A DNA stretch of 64,000 nt, from contig JAEOTS010000122.1 of NCBI GenBank assembly GCA_016839745.1, forward strand, positions 1 to 64,000, given 5' to 3'. Under the pieces are notes generated by a model, which ran no database searches, was not told the DNA's origin, and saw only the letters and a list, made by a program, of their open reading frames with translations. Below are positions 10,230 through 20,826 of the stretch, piece after piece. The translations under genes were made by a program, and so were the position numbers. Origin of the DNA: Promethearchaeota archaeon (GTDB lineage Archaea > Asgardarchaeota > Lokiarchaeia > Sigyniarchaeales > SOKP01). How positions within the stretch are numbered: position 1 is the first letter of the stretch; each line of letters begins with the position of its first letter.

Positions 10230-10414
10230 AACCTTAGGTTTTCTATTTTTTTCATGAGTTGATTTCTAGGTCTAGAAGATTATAATGGCTTATATAAATC
10301 TATTCTAAGGTTTAATTTTCGATATAGATATAAAAAAATGATTACTTGAAAATCTTTTAAAGCTTTAAGGCTAATATATAATATCCTTAAAAAAATGTTT
10401 GACAATATGATAAA

Positions 10415-11806
10415 ATGAAGTTCACTGTATTAAATGGGAGTCCTAAAGGCGCTGAGAGCGTCACCATGCAGTATATCTTATACATTAAGAAAAAGCATCC
10501 AGAACATGAATATGATATAATAAATATCGCACAGACAATTAAGAAGATCGAAAGTGATGAAAATAGATTCAAAGACATTATACACCGGGTGCAAGAATCA
10601 GATGGTGTAATATGGGGTTTTCCATTATATGTAATGTTAGTTTGCTCACAATATAAGCGATTTATTGAATTAGTTTTCGAAAAGAATGCAGAAGCAGCCT
10701 TCGAAAATAAATATACAATTGTCATATCGACTTCTATCCATTTCTACGACCACACTGCCCAGAATTATATGCAAAGTATCTGCGATGACTTAAAGATGAA
10801 GTATGTAGGTAACTTCCCTGCAGACAGTTGGGACCTTCTTTGGCCAAAGCGACGAGCAAGATGGCTATTATTCGCTGAAGAATTTATAAACCACATTGAA
10901 AATAATTTTCCAACCTCAAGACACTATGCTCCTTTAAATCTGAGAGATTTCAAATATACTCCTAGTGAAATTACAGATGATTCGAAGAAAATTGATACAC
11001 TTGGTAAGAAAATTCTAGTTGTTAGTGATGAAACTGATAAAAACACTAACATAGGAAAAATGTTAAAAAGATTCAGAGATTCTTTTTCTGATGAGATCGA
11101 AATCATAAATTTAAATGACATCGATATTAAAGGTGGATGCATATCATGTTTGCAATGTGGATACGATCATAAATGCTCTTATTTGGGAAAGGATGGTTTT
11201 ATTGATTTCTGGGAAAATATGGTAATGACCAAGGATATTCTTGTTTTTGCGGGTGTTATTAAAGATAGGTATTTATCATCAAGATGGAAAATGGTTCAAG
11301 ATCGGGCTTTTTACATGACTCACACACCTACTTTGATAGGAAAACAGATGGGTTATATTGTCTCTGGACCTTTAAGTCAAATTCCAAACCTTTCTGAGAT
11401 GTTTCAGGGTCATATAGAACTACAAGGCTCAAATTTAGTAGATATTATAACTGACGAATTTGGGACATCAGAAGAGATTGATGCTTTACTTCTCGATTTT
11501 GCTAGAAGATTAGTTACATTTTCCAACACCGATTATTTTAAACCTTTAACCTTTTTAGGAGAAGGAGGAAGAAAAATATTCCGTGATGATATCTATGGGA
11601 GAAATCGATTTGTTTTTATGGCTGATCACGAATATTACGAAAAACATGGTTTCTATAACACTTTTCCGCAAAATGATGAGCGTGCAAAAAAAATGAATGA
11701 AAAATTAATTCCACTAATGAAAATTGATAAAGTTAGAACTAAAATTAATATGAAAAAAGAATTTTTACGCCCTTTCTTAAGGGTTCTTGAAGATCCAAAT
11801 AAATAA
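10415..11806 (+). CDS. Flavodoxin-like NAD(P)H-dependent FMN oxidoreductase with duplicated domain (iron-sulfur flavoprotein-like)
   Basis: VLNGSPKG start; second domain has GCISCLQC...C. Confidence 0.8.
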   Translation: MKFTVLNGSPKGAESVTMQYILYIKKKHPEHEYDIINIAQTIKKIESDENRFKDIIHRVQESDGVIWGFPLYVMLVCSQYKRFIELVFEKNAEAAFENKYTIVISTSIHFYDHTAQNYMQSICDDLKMKYVGNFPADSWDLLWPKRRARWLLFAEEFINHIENNFPTSRHYAPLNLRDFKYTPSEITDDSKKIDTLGKKILVVSDETDKNTNIGKMLKRFRDSFSDEIEIINLNDIDIKGGCISCLQCGYDHKCSYLGKDGFIDFWENMVMTKDILVFAGVIKDRYLSSRWKMVQDRAFYMTHTPTLIGKQMGYIVSGPLSQIPNLSEMFQGHIELQGSNLVDIITDEFGTSEEIDALLLDFARRLVTFSNTDYFKPLTFLGEGGRKIFRDDIYGRNRFVFMADHEYYEKHGFYNTFPQNDERAKKMNEKLIPLMKIDKVRTKINMKKEFLRPFLRVLEDPNK

Positions 11807-11832
11807 TTAACATGTAAAGCGAAGGAATAATA

Positions 11833-12027
11833 ATGGCGTGGGGAGGCTCGTTAAACAAGGAGGGTTCCGATCACCTAAGAAATTTAAGAGAAGCTGATAG
11901 CGTAGTAAAGTTCCTTGAAGAATTAAAGCGAAAACTAAACGATAAGGAAAAACAAAAAGTATCAGAGACGATCAATATTATAGTGGAACATTACACTAAA
12001 GAGTCTAAGAATGAATCCTTAGATTGA
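11833..12027 (+). CDS. Small helical hypothetical protein
   Basis: 64 aa with purine-rich GAAGGA upstream, follows the previous gene closely, protein-like composition. Confidence 0.55.
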   Translation: MAWGGSLNKEGSDHLRNLREADSVVKFLEELKRKLNDKEKQKVSETINIIVEHYTKESKNESLD

Positions 12028-12591
12028 TTTAATTAATTCCTTAATTATTTTTATTAGTTTATCTGCTTCAACTTTTAGTGTTCTCGTTAAATTTATTTCG
12101 AAGAAAGGTAGATCGATATTAATAGAACGTTCTTCAAGAGTTAAAGAGTCTTCTTTGTAAAGTTTTAAATCTTTAAATCCCTCTAAGCTTTCAGGAACAA
12201 AACCAATCATAAAAACATTCAAATTGGGTAATTTTTCTACAATTAAATCAATTACAATGTGGACGGGGATTGTATGAGTAGAAATTGGCACATATTCCTT
12301 AATAACCTCACGCTCCAATATAGTTATCGTTCCCGGTGGTTTCTTTACAGTACATGTATCAATAAGGATTAGGCACTCTGGTTTGAAATTAACAACATCA
12401 TCAATTCTAGCCATGGGATCTGTTCCTGCGTTTATGAATAGAAATTTTTCTTTATCGGAAAAAGATAGAAGTTCACTAATAATATAAGGTCCAACACCGT
12501 CATCACTTAGTTTCTCTTCTCCAATCCCCATAAAAACTATACTTTTAACTCCGCTAAGTCTATTTAAAAGTAAGGCGTTAAAATCTCCCAT
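12019..12591 (-). CDS. Hydrogenase maturation protease (HycI-like); start probably MGDFN at 12591
   Basis: VFMGIGEEKLSDDGVG, LILIDT and STHTIP motifs. Confidence 0.82.
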   Translation of the reverse strand: MGDFNALLLNRLSGVKSIVFMGIGEEKLSDDGVGPYIISELLSFSDKEKFLFINAGTDPMARIDDVVNFKPECLILIDTCTVKKPPGTITILEREVIKEYVPISTHTIPVHIVIDLIVEKLPNLNVFMIGFVPESLEGFKDLKLYKEDSLTLEERSINIDLPFFEINLTRTLKVEADKLIKIIKELIKSI

Positions 12592-12707
12592 AAGTAAATT
12601 ATTAATTATTTGTTTGAAAATTAATTTTTGTGTTTCAAAAAAAAAGTATATATGTGTTAACATAGAGATAAAATTACAATAAAAATTTAATTAATAAAAA
12701 GTGATAA

Positions 12708-14069
12708 ATGTTGTCAGATAACAGAAAAGATAGATTAAGTTCTCGTAATCTATGGGGATATGCAATTGGGGCAATCCCTGCAGGATTATTGGCGTATGTG
12801 TTTAGTCTCAAGTATGTGGAACTATTTTACGATGATTTACAATTACAACCAATGTTATTCATTATAGGGCAAGTTATATATATGACTATAAATGCTTTAA
12901 ATGACCCATTATCCGGTCAATTGTCTGATCGTACAAATCGTAAGAGATGGGGAAGTCGTAGAATAATCTACATTAAATATGGCGCACCAATTTGGGCTCT
13001 AACCTTTTTACTTGTGTGGTTTCCATGGAGTTTTGATGATCAAATTGTTATATTTGTTCATTATGTCATAAGTATATGCTTATTTGATACACTTCTTACT
13101 CTAGTAGTTCTAGTTTGGATGGCTTTATTACCAGAAATGACTTCGGATCTTGATCAGAGAAATAAAGGAAATTTTCTATCATTAGTATTTGGTGCAATAT
13201 TCGTCGTTCCATTTTTCCTAATTCTTGGAGACATGAAGCCTACTTCTCAGAGTTTTCAAGTCTTAATGATAATAATAGCTATAGTATCAACTATTTTTCT
13301 ATGGCTCACAGCATATTTGTGCGAGGAAAAACCAGAGTATCAAAAAGATAAATCATTTACATTATGGAAATCAGTAAAAGAAACATTAAAACTAAGATCA
13401 TTCTTGATCTTTATAGGATTTAACTTTTGTAGTGTCTTCCTTACCTCAATAGGCTTGAGTTATTTATTTCTCTGGAGTTTTATTCTTGGTGCGGGAGCAA
13501 CCTATATCTATTTTGGAATATATATTATTGTAGGTTATGGATCAAATATCCTATGTATGAGATTACGTCCTAAATGGGGCACAAAGAAGATTATATTGAG
13601 GTTCGGAATAATAAGGGTAATAGGTTTAATCATATCATTTATAACATTAATTCTTATTCAAAATTCATTGATTGCTATTGTTGGTCTCATAATCTCAACT
13701 TTTTTTGGGGGGTATAGTGTATTTATTGTTCCTATAATGTACTTATCTGCGGATGAAGATGAAATCAATCACGAAACCCGTAGAGAAGGAATGTTTTTAG
13801 GAATGAATGCTCTTTTTACAAAACCAGCAGCGAGTTTGGGACCAATTATAGCGACAATAATATTGGAACTATACCTTTATGCCCCTGGATCAGAGATTCA
13901 ATCACCTACCACATTAATTGGAATAGATATTTTGTTCTTACTTATACCAGCAATCGTTACCGCAATTAGTCTAATCTTTATGTATTTCTATCCACTCCAC
14001 GGCGAAAAACTAAATGATATGAGAGAAAAATTAGAAGTCATCCATAATGCAAAAAAACAGAAGATTTGA
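12708..14069 (+). CDS. MFS transporter, GPH/MelB-like family
   Basis: NALNDPLSGQLSDRT...WGSRR and RREGMFLG motifs; about 12 TM segments. Confidence 0.9.
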   Translation: MLSDNRKDRLSSRNLWGYAIGAIPAGLLAYVFSLKYVELFYDDLQLQPMLFIIGQVIYMTINALNDPLSGQLSDRTNRKRWGSRRIIYIKYGAPIWALTFLLVWFPWSFDDQIVIFVHYVISICLFDTLLTLVVLVWMALLPEMTSDLDQRNKGNFLSLVFGAIFVVPFFLILGDMKPTSQSFQVLMIIIAIVSTIFLWLTAYLCEEKPEYQKDKSFTLWKSVKETLKLRSFLIFIGFNFCSVFLTSIGLSYLFLWSFILGAGATYIYFGIYIIVGYGSNILCMRLRPKWGTKKIILRFGIIRVIGLIISFITLILIQNSLIAIVGLIISTFFGGYSVFIVPIMYLSADEDEINHETRREGMFLGMNALFTKPAASLGPIIATIILELYLYAPGSEIQSPTTLIGIDILFLLIPAIVTAISLIFMYFYPLHGEKLNDMREKLEVIHNAKKQKI

Positions 14070-14128
14070 AATTAATTCAGATTAAAGATTTTAGTTAATT
14101 TTTTTTTTTACTCTACTATTTTTTTATT

Positions 14129-15010
14129 ATGGAAATTTTAAAAGGGAAAACCATAGTAATCACAGGTAGTGGAAGAGGCATTGGAAAATCTGTTGCTCTT
14201 GCTTGTGCTAAAGAAGGTGCTAATGTTTGTCTTACGGCCAGAACGCTTGATGAATTAAATGAAGTTAAAGACGAAATTATTAAATTGGGTACTAAAGTTA
14301 GGGTTTTAGTTAAAACTGCAGATGTTACAAAATATGAAGAAATTGAGAGCGCGTTTAAGGCATTTTATGAAGATTTGGGAGAATTTAACGGAGTAATTGC
14401 CAATGCAGGCTATTCACGGATGTGGGATAGTCATGATTTTGACAGTAATAAATTTTCTGAGATAATTAATATAAATGTGTCAGGCGTGTTTTTTACATTC
14501 AAAGCAGCTTTTTCTTATTTAAAGAAAGATAACAAGAGCGATAAAGCAAGATTTATTATAACTGGAAGCGCTGCTTTCACCAATCCTATGCCAAGATTCG
14601 CAGCTTATACCGCAAGTAAGTATGCTGTCGTAGGATTGCAGAATTCTCTTGCTCTAGAGTATAAGAAGGAGAATATTAATTTCAACATGATTCTGCCCAC
14701 TATGGTAGACACTCGAATGGCGAGAGGTAGGAAAGCTGGAGATGGCAATAAGCCTCCGAACGTTATGAATCCTCAAGAGCTTAATCAATATTACATATTT
14801 CTTCTGAGCGATGATGCATATAGGACTGATAACGCTCTAATATTTATTAACGATTTCGAGGAAGTTAAGAAGTTTTTATCCGAAGCTCCTCCCGGAAAGA
14901 GTGAGAGTTGGGATGTTTTTAAGGATTATCTAGAAGAAAACGCTCCGAATATATATTCCAATGTTAAAAAACTAGGAAAACTAGTCGATTTTATAATAAA
15001 AACATCCTAA
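14129..15010 (+). CDS. Short-chain dehydrogenase/reductase
   Basis: TGSGRGIG, NAG, YTASK. Confidence 0.92.
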   Translation: MEILKGKTIVITGSGRGIGKSVALACAKEGANVCLTARTLDELNEVKDEIIKLGTKVRVLVKTADVTKYEEIESAFKAFYEDLGEFNGVIANAGYSRMWDSHDFDSNKFSEIININVSGVFFTFKAAFSYLKKDNKSDKARFIITGSAAFTNPMPRFAAYTASKYAVVGLQNSLALEYKKENINFNMILPTMVDTRMARGRKAGDGNKPPNVMNPQELNQYYIFLLSDDAYRTDNALIFINDFEEVKKFLSEAPPGKSESWDVFKDYLEENAPNIYSNVKKLGKLVDFIIKTS

Positions 15011-15104
15011 TGGTATTTTTACTGGTGTAAAAATCTACTCATATAGCCTCTTTCACTTAAAGAATTAAATTCTTTAATTATTGTGTGTTTTGATAGTATA
15101 GAAC

Positions 15105-15713
15105 ATGAACGAAATATCGAATGAAAAAGCAGAGAAATCTCAATTTGAAGGAATTATTGAGAATGGAAATGTAATAATTTCTAACAAGGAAGGCATTGAA
15201 GAATTTTATAATAACTCCTACATCGGTACTTTAGATAAAAATAGTGATAATGAAGAAATTTTGATTTTAGGACCAGTAGAAGTTTTATTATTATGTGAGA
15301 GACATCGTATCCTATTATATTCAAATAATAATAAAGAAGACGACAACTTATACGATTTTGAGGGTTTATTGACATACTTCACACAATTTGACGATCGCCT
15401 ATGGCAAAAATATATTATATACATGGATTTGCGGAAGAGAGGTTATATCGTTCGAGACGGATATGGAGAAGGTATTGATTTTCGAGTTTATAAGAGAGGG
15501 GCTGATTTTGAAAAAGATTCAGCAAAATTTCTAATATATCCTGTTTTTGAGGGTTATCCAATAGATTTGAAGGAGCTTGACAAAATGTCTCGGGTAGCCA
15601 TGAGCTCACGAAAAGATCTTGTCGTAGCTACTGTTGATAGGTTGAGTAAACCAATATATTATAGCGTAAATAAATTTGAAATTATGAATAAGGTAGAAAA
15701 AAGCGAAGATTAA
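15105..15713 (+). CDS. endA: tRNA-intron endonuclease family subunit (possibly the structural subunit)
   Basis: YMDLRKRGYIVRDG..GIDFRVY and RVAMSSRKDLVVA; catalytic His not evident. Confidence 0.82.
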   Translation: MNEISNEKAEKSQFEGIIENGNVIISNKEGIEEFYNNSYIGTLDKNSDNEEILILGPVEVLLLCERHRILLYSNNNKEDDNLYDFEGLLTYFTQFDDRLWQKYIIYMDLRKRGYIVRDGYGEGIDFRVYKRGADFEKDSAKFLIYPVFEGYPIDLKELDKMSRVAMSSRKDLVVATVDRLSKPIYYSVNKFEIMNKVEKSED

Positions 15714-15714
15714 G

Positions 15715-17376
15715 ATGCCTAATAAATTTGCTTGTGACACATCAGTAATTTTCAATGGTATTATTTTGAATTTAATAATCGATGGCGATTTAGGAGGAAA
15801 GCCAGAAATTTATGTCTCCAATGTTGTCGTAGCGGAAGTTGAATATCGAACTAATGTTCAAAAAGAAATTGGTTACTATGGCCTAAATGTGCTCAAAGAA
15901 TTAAGAAAGTTAAATAACGAGGAAAAAATAACTCTTCATATTGTGGGAAAACGCCCTACTAGAGAGGAGATAAAAATGAGCCCTGGAGGAGAACTTGATG
16001 CACTTATTAGAAAATCAGCTTTAGAACACAATGCATCCTTGATTACAGCAGATAGAATACAAGGAGATGTTGGTATTTTTGAGGGGCTTGAAGTTATGTA
16101 CGCGAAAGAAAAAGGGATTCCTATAAAAACTGAACCGCTCTCGCTTAAGTTGCTTGATTACTTTGACGAGACTACTATGAGCGTACATCTTAAACAAGGG
16201 TTACCCCCTTATGCTAAGAAAGGTAGCCCAGGAAATTGGTTTCTGGAAAAAATAGGAGATGAACAATTATCTGCCAAATTAATAGAGGAAATTGCTATCG
16301 AAATAATAGAAATGGTCAGAGAGGACGAGCATTCCTTCGTCGAGATTGAAAAAATTGGTGCCGTTGTTGCTCAATTAAGAGAATTTAGAATCGTAATAAC
16401 ACGCCCTCCATTTTCAAATGATGTTGAAATTACAGCTGTGCACCCTCTTGTTACTCTTTCATTAGGAGATTATGCCATTGATGCTCGACTTCATAAAAGA
16501 TTAGAAAAAGCTGAAGGAATTTTAGTAGCGGGAGCTCCAGGGGCTGGAAAAAGCACTTTTTCAGCGGCTTTAGCCAATTTTTATTTAGAACAGGGTAAAG
16601 TCGTAAAAACATTAGAAAGCGTTCGAGATTTGCAGGTAAAAGAAGAAATCACGCAATATACTAAATTAGAAGGGAGTCTTGAAAATTCTGCTGATATTTT
16701 ACTGTTAGTAAGACCTGATTTTACTATTTTTGACGAAGTACGCACAACTAAAGATTTTCAAATTTACGCTGATTTTCGCCTTTCTGGTGTGGGTATGGTT
16801 GGAGTTGTTCATTCGTCGTCTGCTATCGACGCAATTCAGAGATTTATCGGCCGAATTGAACTTGGAATGCTCCCTTCAATAATAGATACAATTGTATTTA
16901 TTAAGGGTGGAGATATATCTACTGTATTAATTATTAAAATGACGGTAAAAGTTCCACATGGATTTAGAGATAAAGATTTGGCAAGACCTGTGGTTGAAGT
17001 CAGAGATTTTAAAACTGACCGCCTTGCTTACGAGATTTATTCTTTCGGTCAGGACATAGTAATTAACCCGATAAATCCAATTGGCCATACAAGTTCTTTT
17101 GATTCGAAAGAACAATATAGGTTAGATAAATTTAGTAGAAGGAGAAAAGAAAAACGAATTGAGTTAGATATTGAAATCACTAAACAGAAAGTAATTCTTA
17201 AAGCAAGTCCTGAATACGCTAGTAGCAATATTATTGTTTTTTCTAACGGTCAAGAAATTTTTACAGGTTCCTTGAGTCGCTCTAGCATCATAACTCTCTC
17301 TCTTTCAAACAAAGAAGGAAGAAGAGTTCTTAAAGAATATGATAGAAATAAAAATTTTTATGGAATTTTAAAATAA
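15715..17376 (+). CDS. PIN-domain/VirB11-like ATPase (PINA family)
   Basis: N-terminal PIN (DTSV...E...D...TAD), Walker A GAPGAGKST, ESVRDL, LLVRPDFTIFDEVR, GVGMVGVVH. Confidence 0.9.
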   Translation: MPNKFACDTSVIFNGIILNLIIDGDLGGKPEIYVSNVVVAEVEYRTNVQKEIGYYGLNVLKELRKLNNEEKITLHIVGKRPTREEIKMSPGGELDALIRKSALEHNASLITADRIQGDVGIFEGLEVMYAKEKGIPIKTEPLSLKLLDYFDETTMSVHLKQGLPPYAKKGSPGNWFLEKIGDEQLSAKLIEEIAIEIIEMVREDEHSFVEIEKIGAVVAQLREFRIVITRPPFSNDVEITAVHPLVTLSLGDYAIDARLHKRLEKAEGILVAGAPGAGKSTFSAALANFYLEQGKVVKTLESVRDLQVKEEITQYTKLEGSLENSADILLLVRPDFTIFDEVRTTKDFQIYADFRLSGVGMVGVVHSSSAIDAIQRFIGRIELGMLPSIIDTIVFIKGGDISTVLIIKMTVKVPHGFRDKDLARPVVEVRDFKTDRLAYEIYSFGQDIVINPINPIGHTSSFDSKEQYRLDKFSRRRKEKRIELDIEITKQKVILKASPEYASSNIIVFSNGQEIFTGSLSRSSIITLSLSNKEGRRVLKEYDRNKNFYGILK

Positions 17377-17407
17377 GACTATATTTCTATAAAAAACTTC
17401 AATTCAA

Positions 17408-17788
17408 TTATTTGGCTAATGCATTTCGAGCTCTTTTTATGTCATCAACTCCAATAACTAACTTATTATGTTCAGCTTGATAGATTAGGTCAATATTAAC
17501 ACCAACATTGCCTATTTTACGGGCCATCTTCCCACCAGATCCGGGTTTTCCTGCAATATGACCAATATCCATGACAAGCACCTCACGTACAGCACTTACT
17601 TTAAAACCTGCTGATTCGAGTACATACTGAGCAACAGTTTCATCTTGAACCAAAATATGAATGACACCTTCATCATTAAGAGGAATTCCACATAAACCTT
17701 CCATATTTATCCCATTTTTGCCTAGAATCTCTCCCATATCAGCTAGTGCTCCCGGTCTATTTTCCAAAATAACAGCTATATCTTTCAT
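17408..17788 (-). CDS. Tandem ACT-domain protein
   Basis: LENRPGALA...GINMEG and GKPG...GVNIDLIY. Confidence 0.85.
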   Translation of the reverse strand: MKDIAVILENRPGALADMGEILGKNGINMEGLCGIPLNDEGVIHILVQDETVAQYVLESAGFKVSAVREVLVMDIGHIAGKPGSGGKMARKIGNVGVNIDLIYQAEHNKLVIGVDDIKRARNALAK

Positions 17789-18003
17789 TTTATGTTTTCT
17801 CTTTTTTTTATTTATTTTTTTTATAAATTTGATTCTTTGGTGATTTTTTCCTAATGCTTAATTATGTCATCTCAATATTTAAGTTTTCTTTTGAAATTAC
17901 ATCAGATTAGATATTTTACCCCTTAAATGCTAAATATAAAGAGTTTGATATTTTTAATATCAATTTTGCTCGAATTTATCATAATTATAATCTGAAACAA
18001 AAA

Positions 18004-19899
18004 TCATTTTGAAATATCAAGTGTAAATAAGACTTCTCCATACTCTACAGATTTTGACTTCATAGGATATCCACTGTTATTAAGAATATAGAGCATGGGT
18101 TTGTTTTCAAGAAGAATTGATCCGGTAAAATATTTGTAATTAAGTTCTCTAGCTATTGTAATTAAGTAATCAAGTAGAAATTTAGCTATTCCCGTTTTGC
18201 GAAAATTTTTCTTAACAACTATGCCTAATTCAACAGTTGATGGTTGATGTGTTTTAAAAAATGCTGCTGAAGCAACTATTTTCTGTTCACCTTCTTCAAG
18301 AGATTCTCCTACCAAAATCATGTCAGTTTGATAATCTATGTTAACTAAGGGTTGTACAAACTTATGAGGAAATTTGCGATCATGTGAGAAGAATCTCAAA
18401 TATCTATCATCTTCATCTAATGAGTAATAAAGTCCTTGCAGTAATCGTTCATCAGTAGCTTTGATAGGTCTAATTTTAAGCATTTTGCCATTTTTCATTT
18501 GATAATTCGTCTCATATTTATCAGGGTATAAGCTGACCCTACCATTTATAGAAAGTGGTAATTTCTGATCTGAATAAACATAATTTATTTTTTTCGCATA
18601 TTCTAAAAGTTCTTCTCTAAAATCCGGATGAGCAATATTTATCATTTGTAATACTCTTTCACGTATACTTTTTCCAAAAAGATAAGCAATTCCCCATTCA
18701 GTAACAACATAATGAATATCACCCCTTGTTATAACTACTCCCGAGCCTGGTTGAAGATACGGAACAATTCTCGAAACAGTTGTACCATCTTTAAGTGTTG
18801 CAGTGCTAGGGAGGACTGCTATAGGTTTTCCGTCTTCAGAGCGATTGGCACCTCTGACAAAATCTACTTGCCCACCTATACCACTATAAAATAATGATCC
18901 AAGCGAGTCAGCATTAATCTGTCCCGTTAAATCAATTGTAAGCGCCGCGTTAATAGCCACTTGCTTTTTGTTTCTGCTAATTATATAAGGATCGTTGCAA
19001 TAATTACAGGGATGAAATTCGACAAAGGGATTGTTATCTACAAAGTTATAAAGCCTTCTGGAGCCCATGACAAAAGAACAAATTATTTTACCTTTATGAA
19101 GTGTTTTTTTTTTACATGTTATTACTCCCTTTTCTACGAGATCAACAATTCCATCCGAGAAAACTTCACTATGCACTCCTAAATCTTTTTTATCTTCTAA
19201 TTCGACTGATAATGCATTAGGAATATTCCCAATTCCCATTTGAATCGTAGATTCGTCTTCAATAAGGGATGCGACATATTTTGCAATCTTTTTAATGGAT
19301 TCATCTGGGGGATCGTAAGTAAACTCAATAATATCGTGATCTGATATAATATAAGCATCTATATCATTCATGTGAATGAATGAATTACCCAGTGTGCGCG
19401 GCATCTTAGGATTAACTTCCGCAACCACATATTCAGCTGCCTCTGCTATAGGTTTAGCTATATCAACGTTAATACCATAACTACAAAATCCAAAATCATC
19501 GGGAGGACTTACCTGAATTAATGCTGTCTTTAAGTGCATTTGTCCCCGTTCAAAAAATTTTGGGATGTCTGAAAGTAGCATTGGAGTGTAATCTGCTAAA
19601 CCCCCTTTCACAGCGCCTCGAAGATTTTCACTAATAAAAAAAACATTGTGCCGAAATAAATCTTCTTTACCTCCAGCTGATTTATAATAATCCAGATCGG
19701 AAAGACTTATAAAATGTATCATCTCTACGTCAGTAAGCTGAGGACCGAGTTCAATAAGTTTTGAAGTGAGTTCGATTGGTTCAGCACAACCTGAATCAAT
19801 AAAAACTCGGTCGCCAGGTTTGATATATCTCTTGATTGCATCTTCTATATTTACATGTTTCTGTTTATATTTTTTAATATTACTCAAATCATTTGTCAT
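18004..19899 (-). CDS. Acetyl-CoA hydrolase/4-hydroxybutyrate CoA-transferase family fused to a C-terminal GNAT acetyltransferase
   Basis: QMGIGNIP, DLGVHSE, SGIGGQVDFVRGA, VVTEWG; GNAT region ELGIVVKKNFRKTGIA...ENKPM. Confidence 0.9.
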   Translation of the reverse strand: MTNDLSNIKKYKQKHVNIEDAIKRYIKPGDRVFIDSGCAEPIELTSKLIELGPQLTDVEMIHFISLSDLDYYKSAGGKEDLFRHNVFFISENLRGAVKGGLADYTPMLLSDIPKFFERGQMHLKTALIQVSPPDDFGFCSYGINVDIAKPIAEAAEYVVAEVNPKMPRTLGNSFIHMNDIDAYIISDHDIIEFTYDPPDESIKKIAKYVASLIEDESTIQMGIGNIPNALSVELEDKKDLGVHSEVFSDGIVDLVEKGVITCKKKTLHKGKIICSFVMGSRRLYNFVDNNPFVEFHPCNYCNDPYIISRNKKQVAINAALTIDLTGQINADSLGSLFYSGIGGQVDFVRGANRSEDGKPIAVLPSTATLKDGTTVSRIVPYLQPGSGVVITRGDIHYVVTEWGIAYLFGKSIRERVLQMINIAHPDFREELLEYAKKINYVYSDQKLPLSINGRVSLYPDKYETNYQMKNGKMLKIRPIKATDERLLQGLYYSLDEDDRYLRFFSHDRKFPHKFVQPLVNIDYQTDMILVGESLEEGEQKIVASAAFFKTHQPSTVELGIVVKKNFRKTGIAKFLLDYLITIARELNYKYFTGSILLENKPMLYILNNSGYPMKSKSVEYGEVLFTLDISK

Positions 19900-19931
19900 T
19901 GCTTCGACCCATTATTAATAATATTAATAAT

Positions 19932-20687
19932 TTAATTTACATTCATCATTTCTTTTACTCTCTCAACGATAGGAGGAATTATTTCTCCAATCGCTTCAAA
20001 GAACCTCAAGTCAGCTTCATCATCGTACGGAGTTTCACCCTGATTTAAAATGATTAATTTTGCACCATTTCTCCAAGCATACCCCGGCATATTTGCCGCA
20101 GGAGTCACAACGAGAGAAGAACCAATTACAAAAAAAACATCAGAACTTTGAGATCGTCTTATAGATTCTTCAAGTTCGTCTATCGGTAAAGGATCGCCAA
20201 AATTAACAATACTTGAGATAAGTCTTCCTTCACAATTTGGACAATTTGGTTGGTTTTTGCGAATTCTACCAGTTCTGTATCCCTGTCCCAATTTCTTTTT
20301 ATCCCATCCTGCTTCCTCAAATGTTAGTTTCTTTCCACAAGCTAAACACTTCATGAAATACATGTTGCCATGTAGTTCAGCTAATTTTTCAAATGGAATT
20401 CCCGATTTTGCGTGAAGTCCATCCACATTCTGAGATATGAGGTAATCTAATTTACCCAATTTTAATAATTCTACAATTTCATAATGACCTTGATTTGGTT
20501 TAACTTGATCCCATGGAGGTGATTTTGGGGGTGGCAATCCAGCATCACGCCTTGTCCACACACCATCAGGACCTCTGAAGTCTGGTAATCCACTCTCTGT
20601 CGAAATTCCCGCACCTGTGAATATAACAAGGCGATTAGACTCGAAAATCCATTTTGCTGCTAATTCAATTTTATCTTCCAATTCCAT
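19932..20687 (-). CDS. cobB: Sir2-family NAD-dependent protein deacylase
   Basis: TGAGISTESGLPDFRG, SQNVDGLH, ELHG, two CxxC, GSSLVVTPA. Confidence 0.92.
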   Translation of the reverse strand: MELEDKIELAAKWIFESNRLVIFTGAGISTESGLPDFRGPDGVWTRRDAGLPPPKSPPWDQVKPNQGHYEIVELLKLGKLDYLISQNVDGLHAKSGIPFEKLAELHGNMYFMKCLACGKKLTFEEAGWDKKKLGQGYRTGRIRKNQPNCPNCEGRLISSIVNFGDPLPIDELEESIRRSQSSDVFFVIGSSLVVTPAANMPGYAWRNGAKLIILNQGETPYDDEADLRFFEAIGEIIPPIVERVKEMMNVN

Positions 20688-20826
20688 ATAAATAAGATGA
20701 ATTTCTGAAAATAAAAATGTATTTTATTTGATTTCTATTATTCGCTTTACGGTAATGAGTCGATATTTTGACACTATTATCTAAATTAAGCACTTACTTT
20801 ATAAAGGTCTATTCTAAATCTTTTAT

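Noticed and set aside
12592-12663. N-terminal extension of the HycI-like ORF (MLTHIYFFFETQK...)
   Set aside because: AT-rich promoter-like sequence in a short divergent gap; the family match starts at MGDFN
19932-20687. Sir2 as an anti-phage (Thoeris/DSR) effector
   Set aside because: Has the zinc-binding CxxC pairs and motifs of a standard CobB-type deacylase, with no defence genes adjacent
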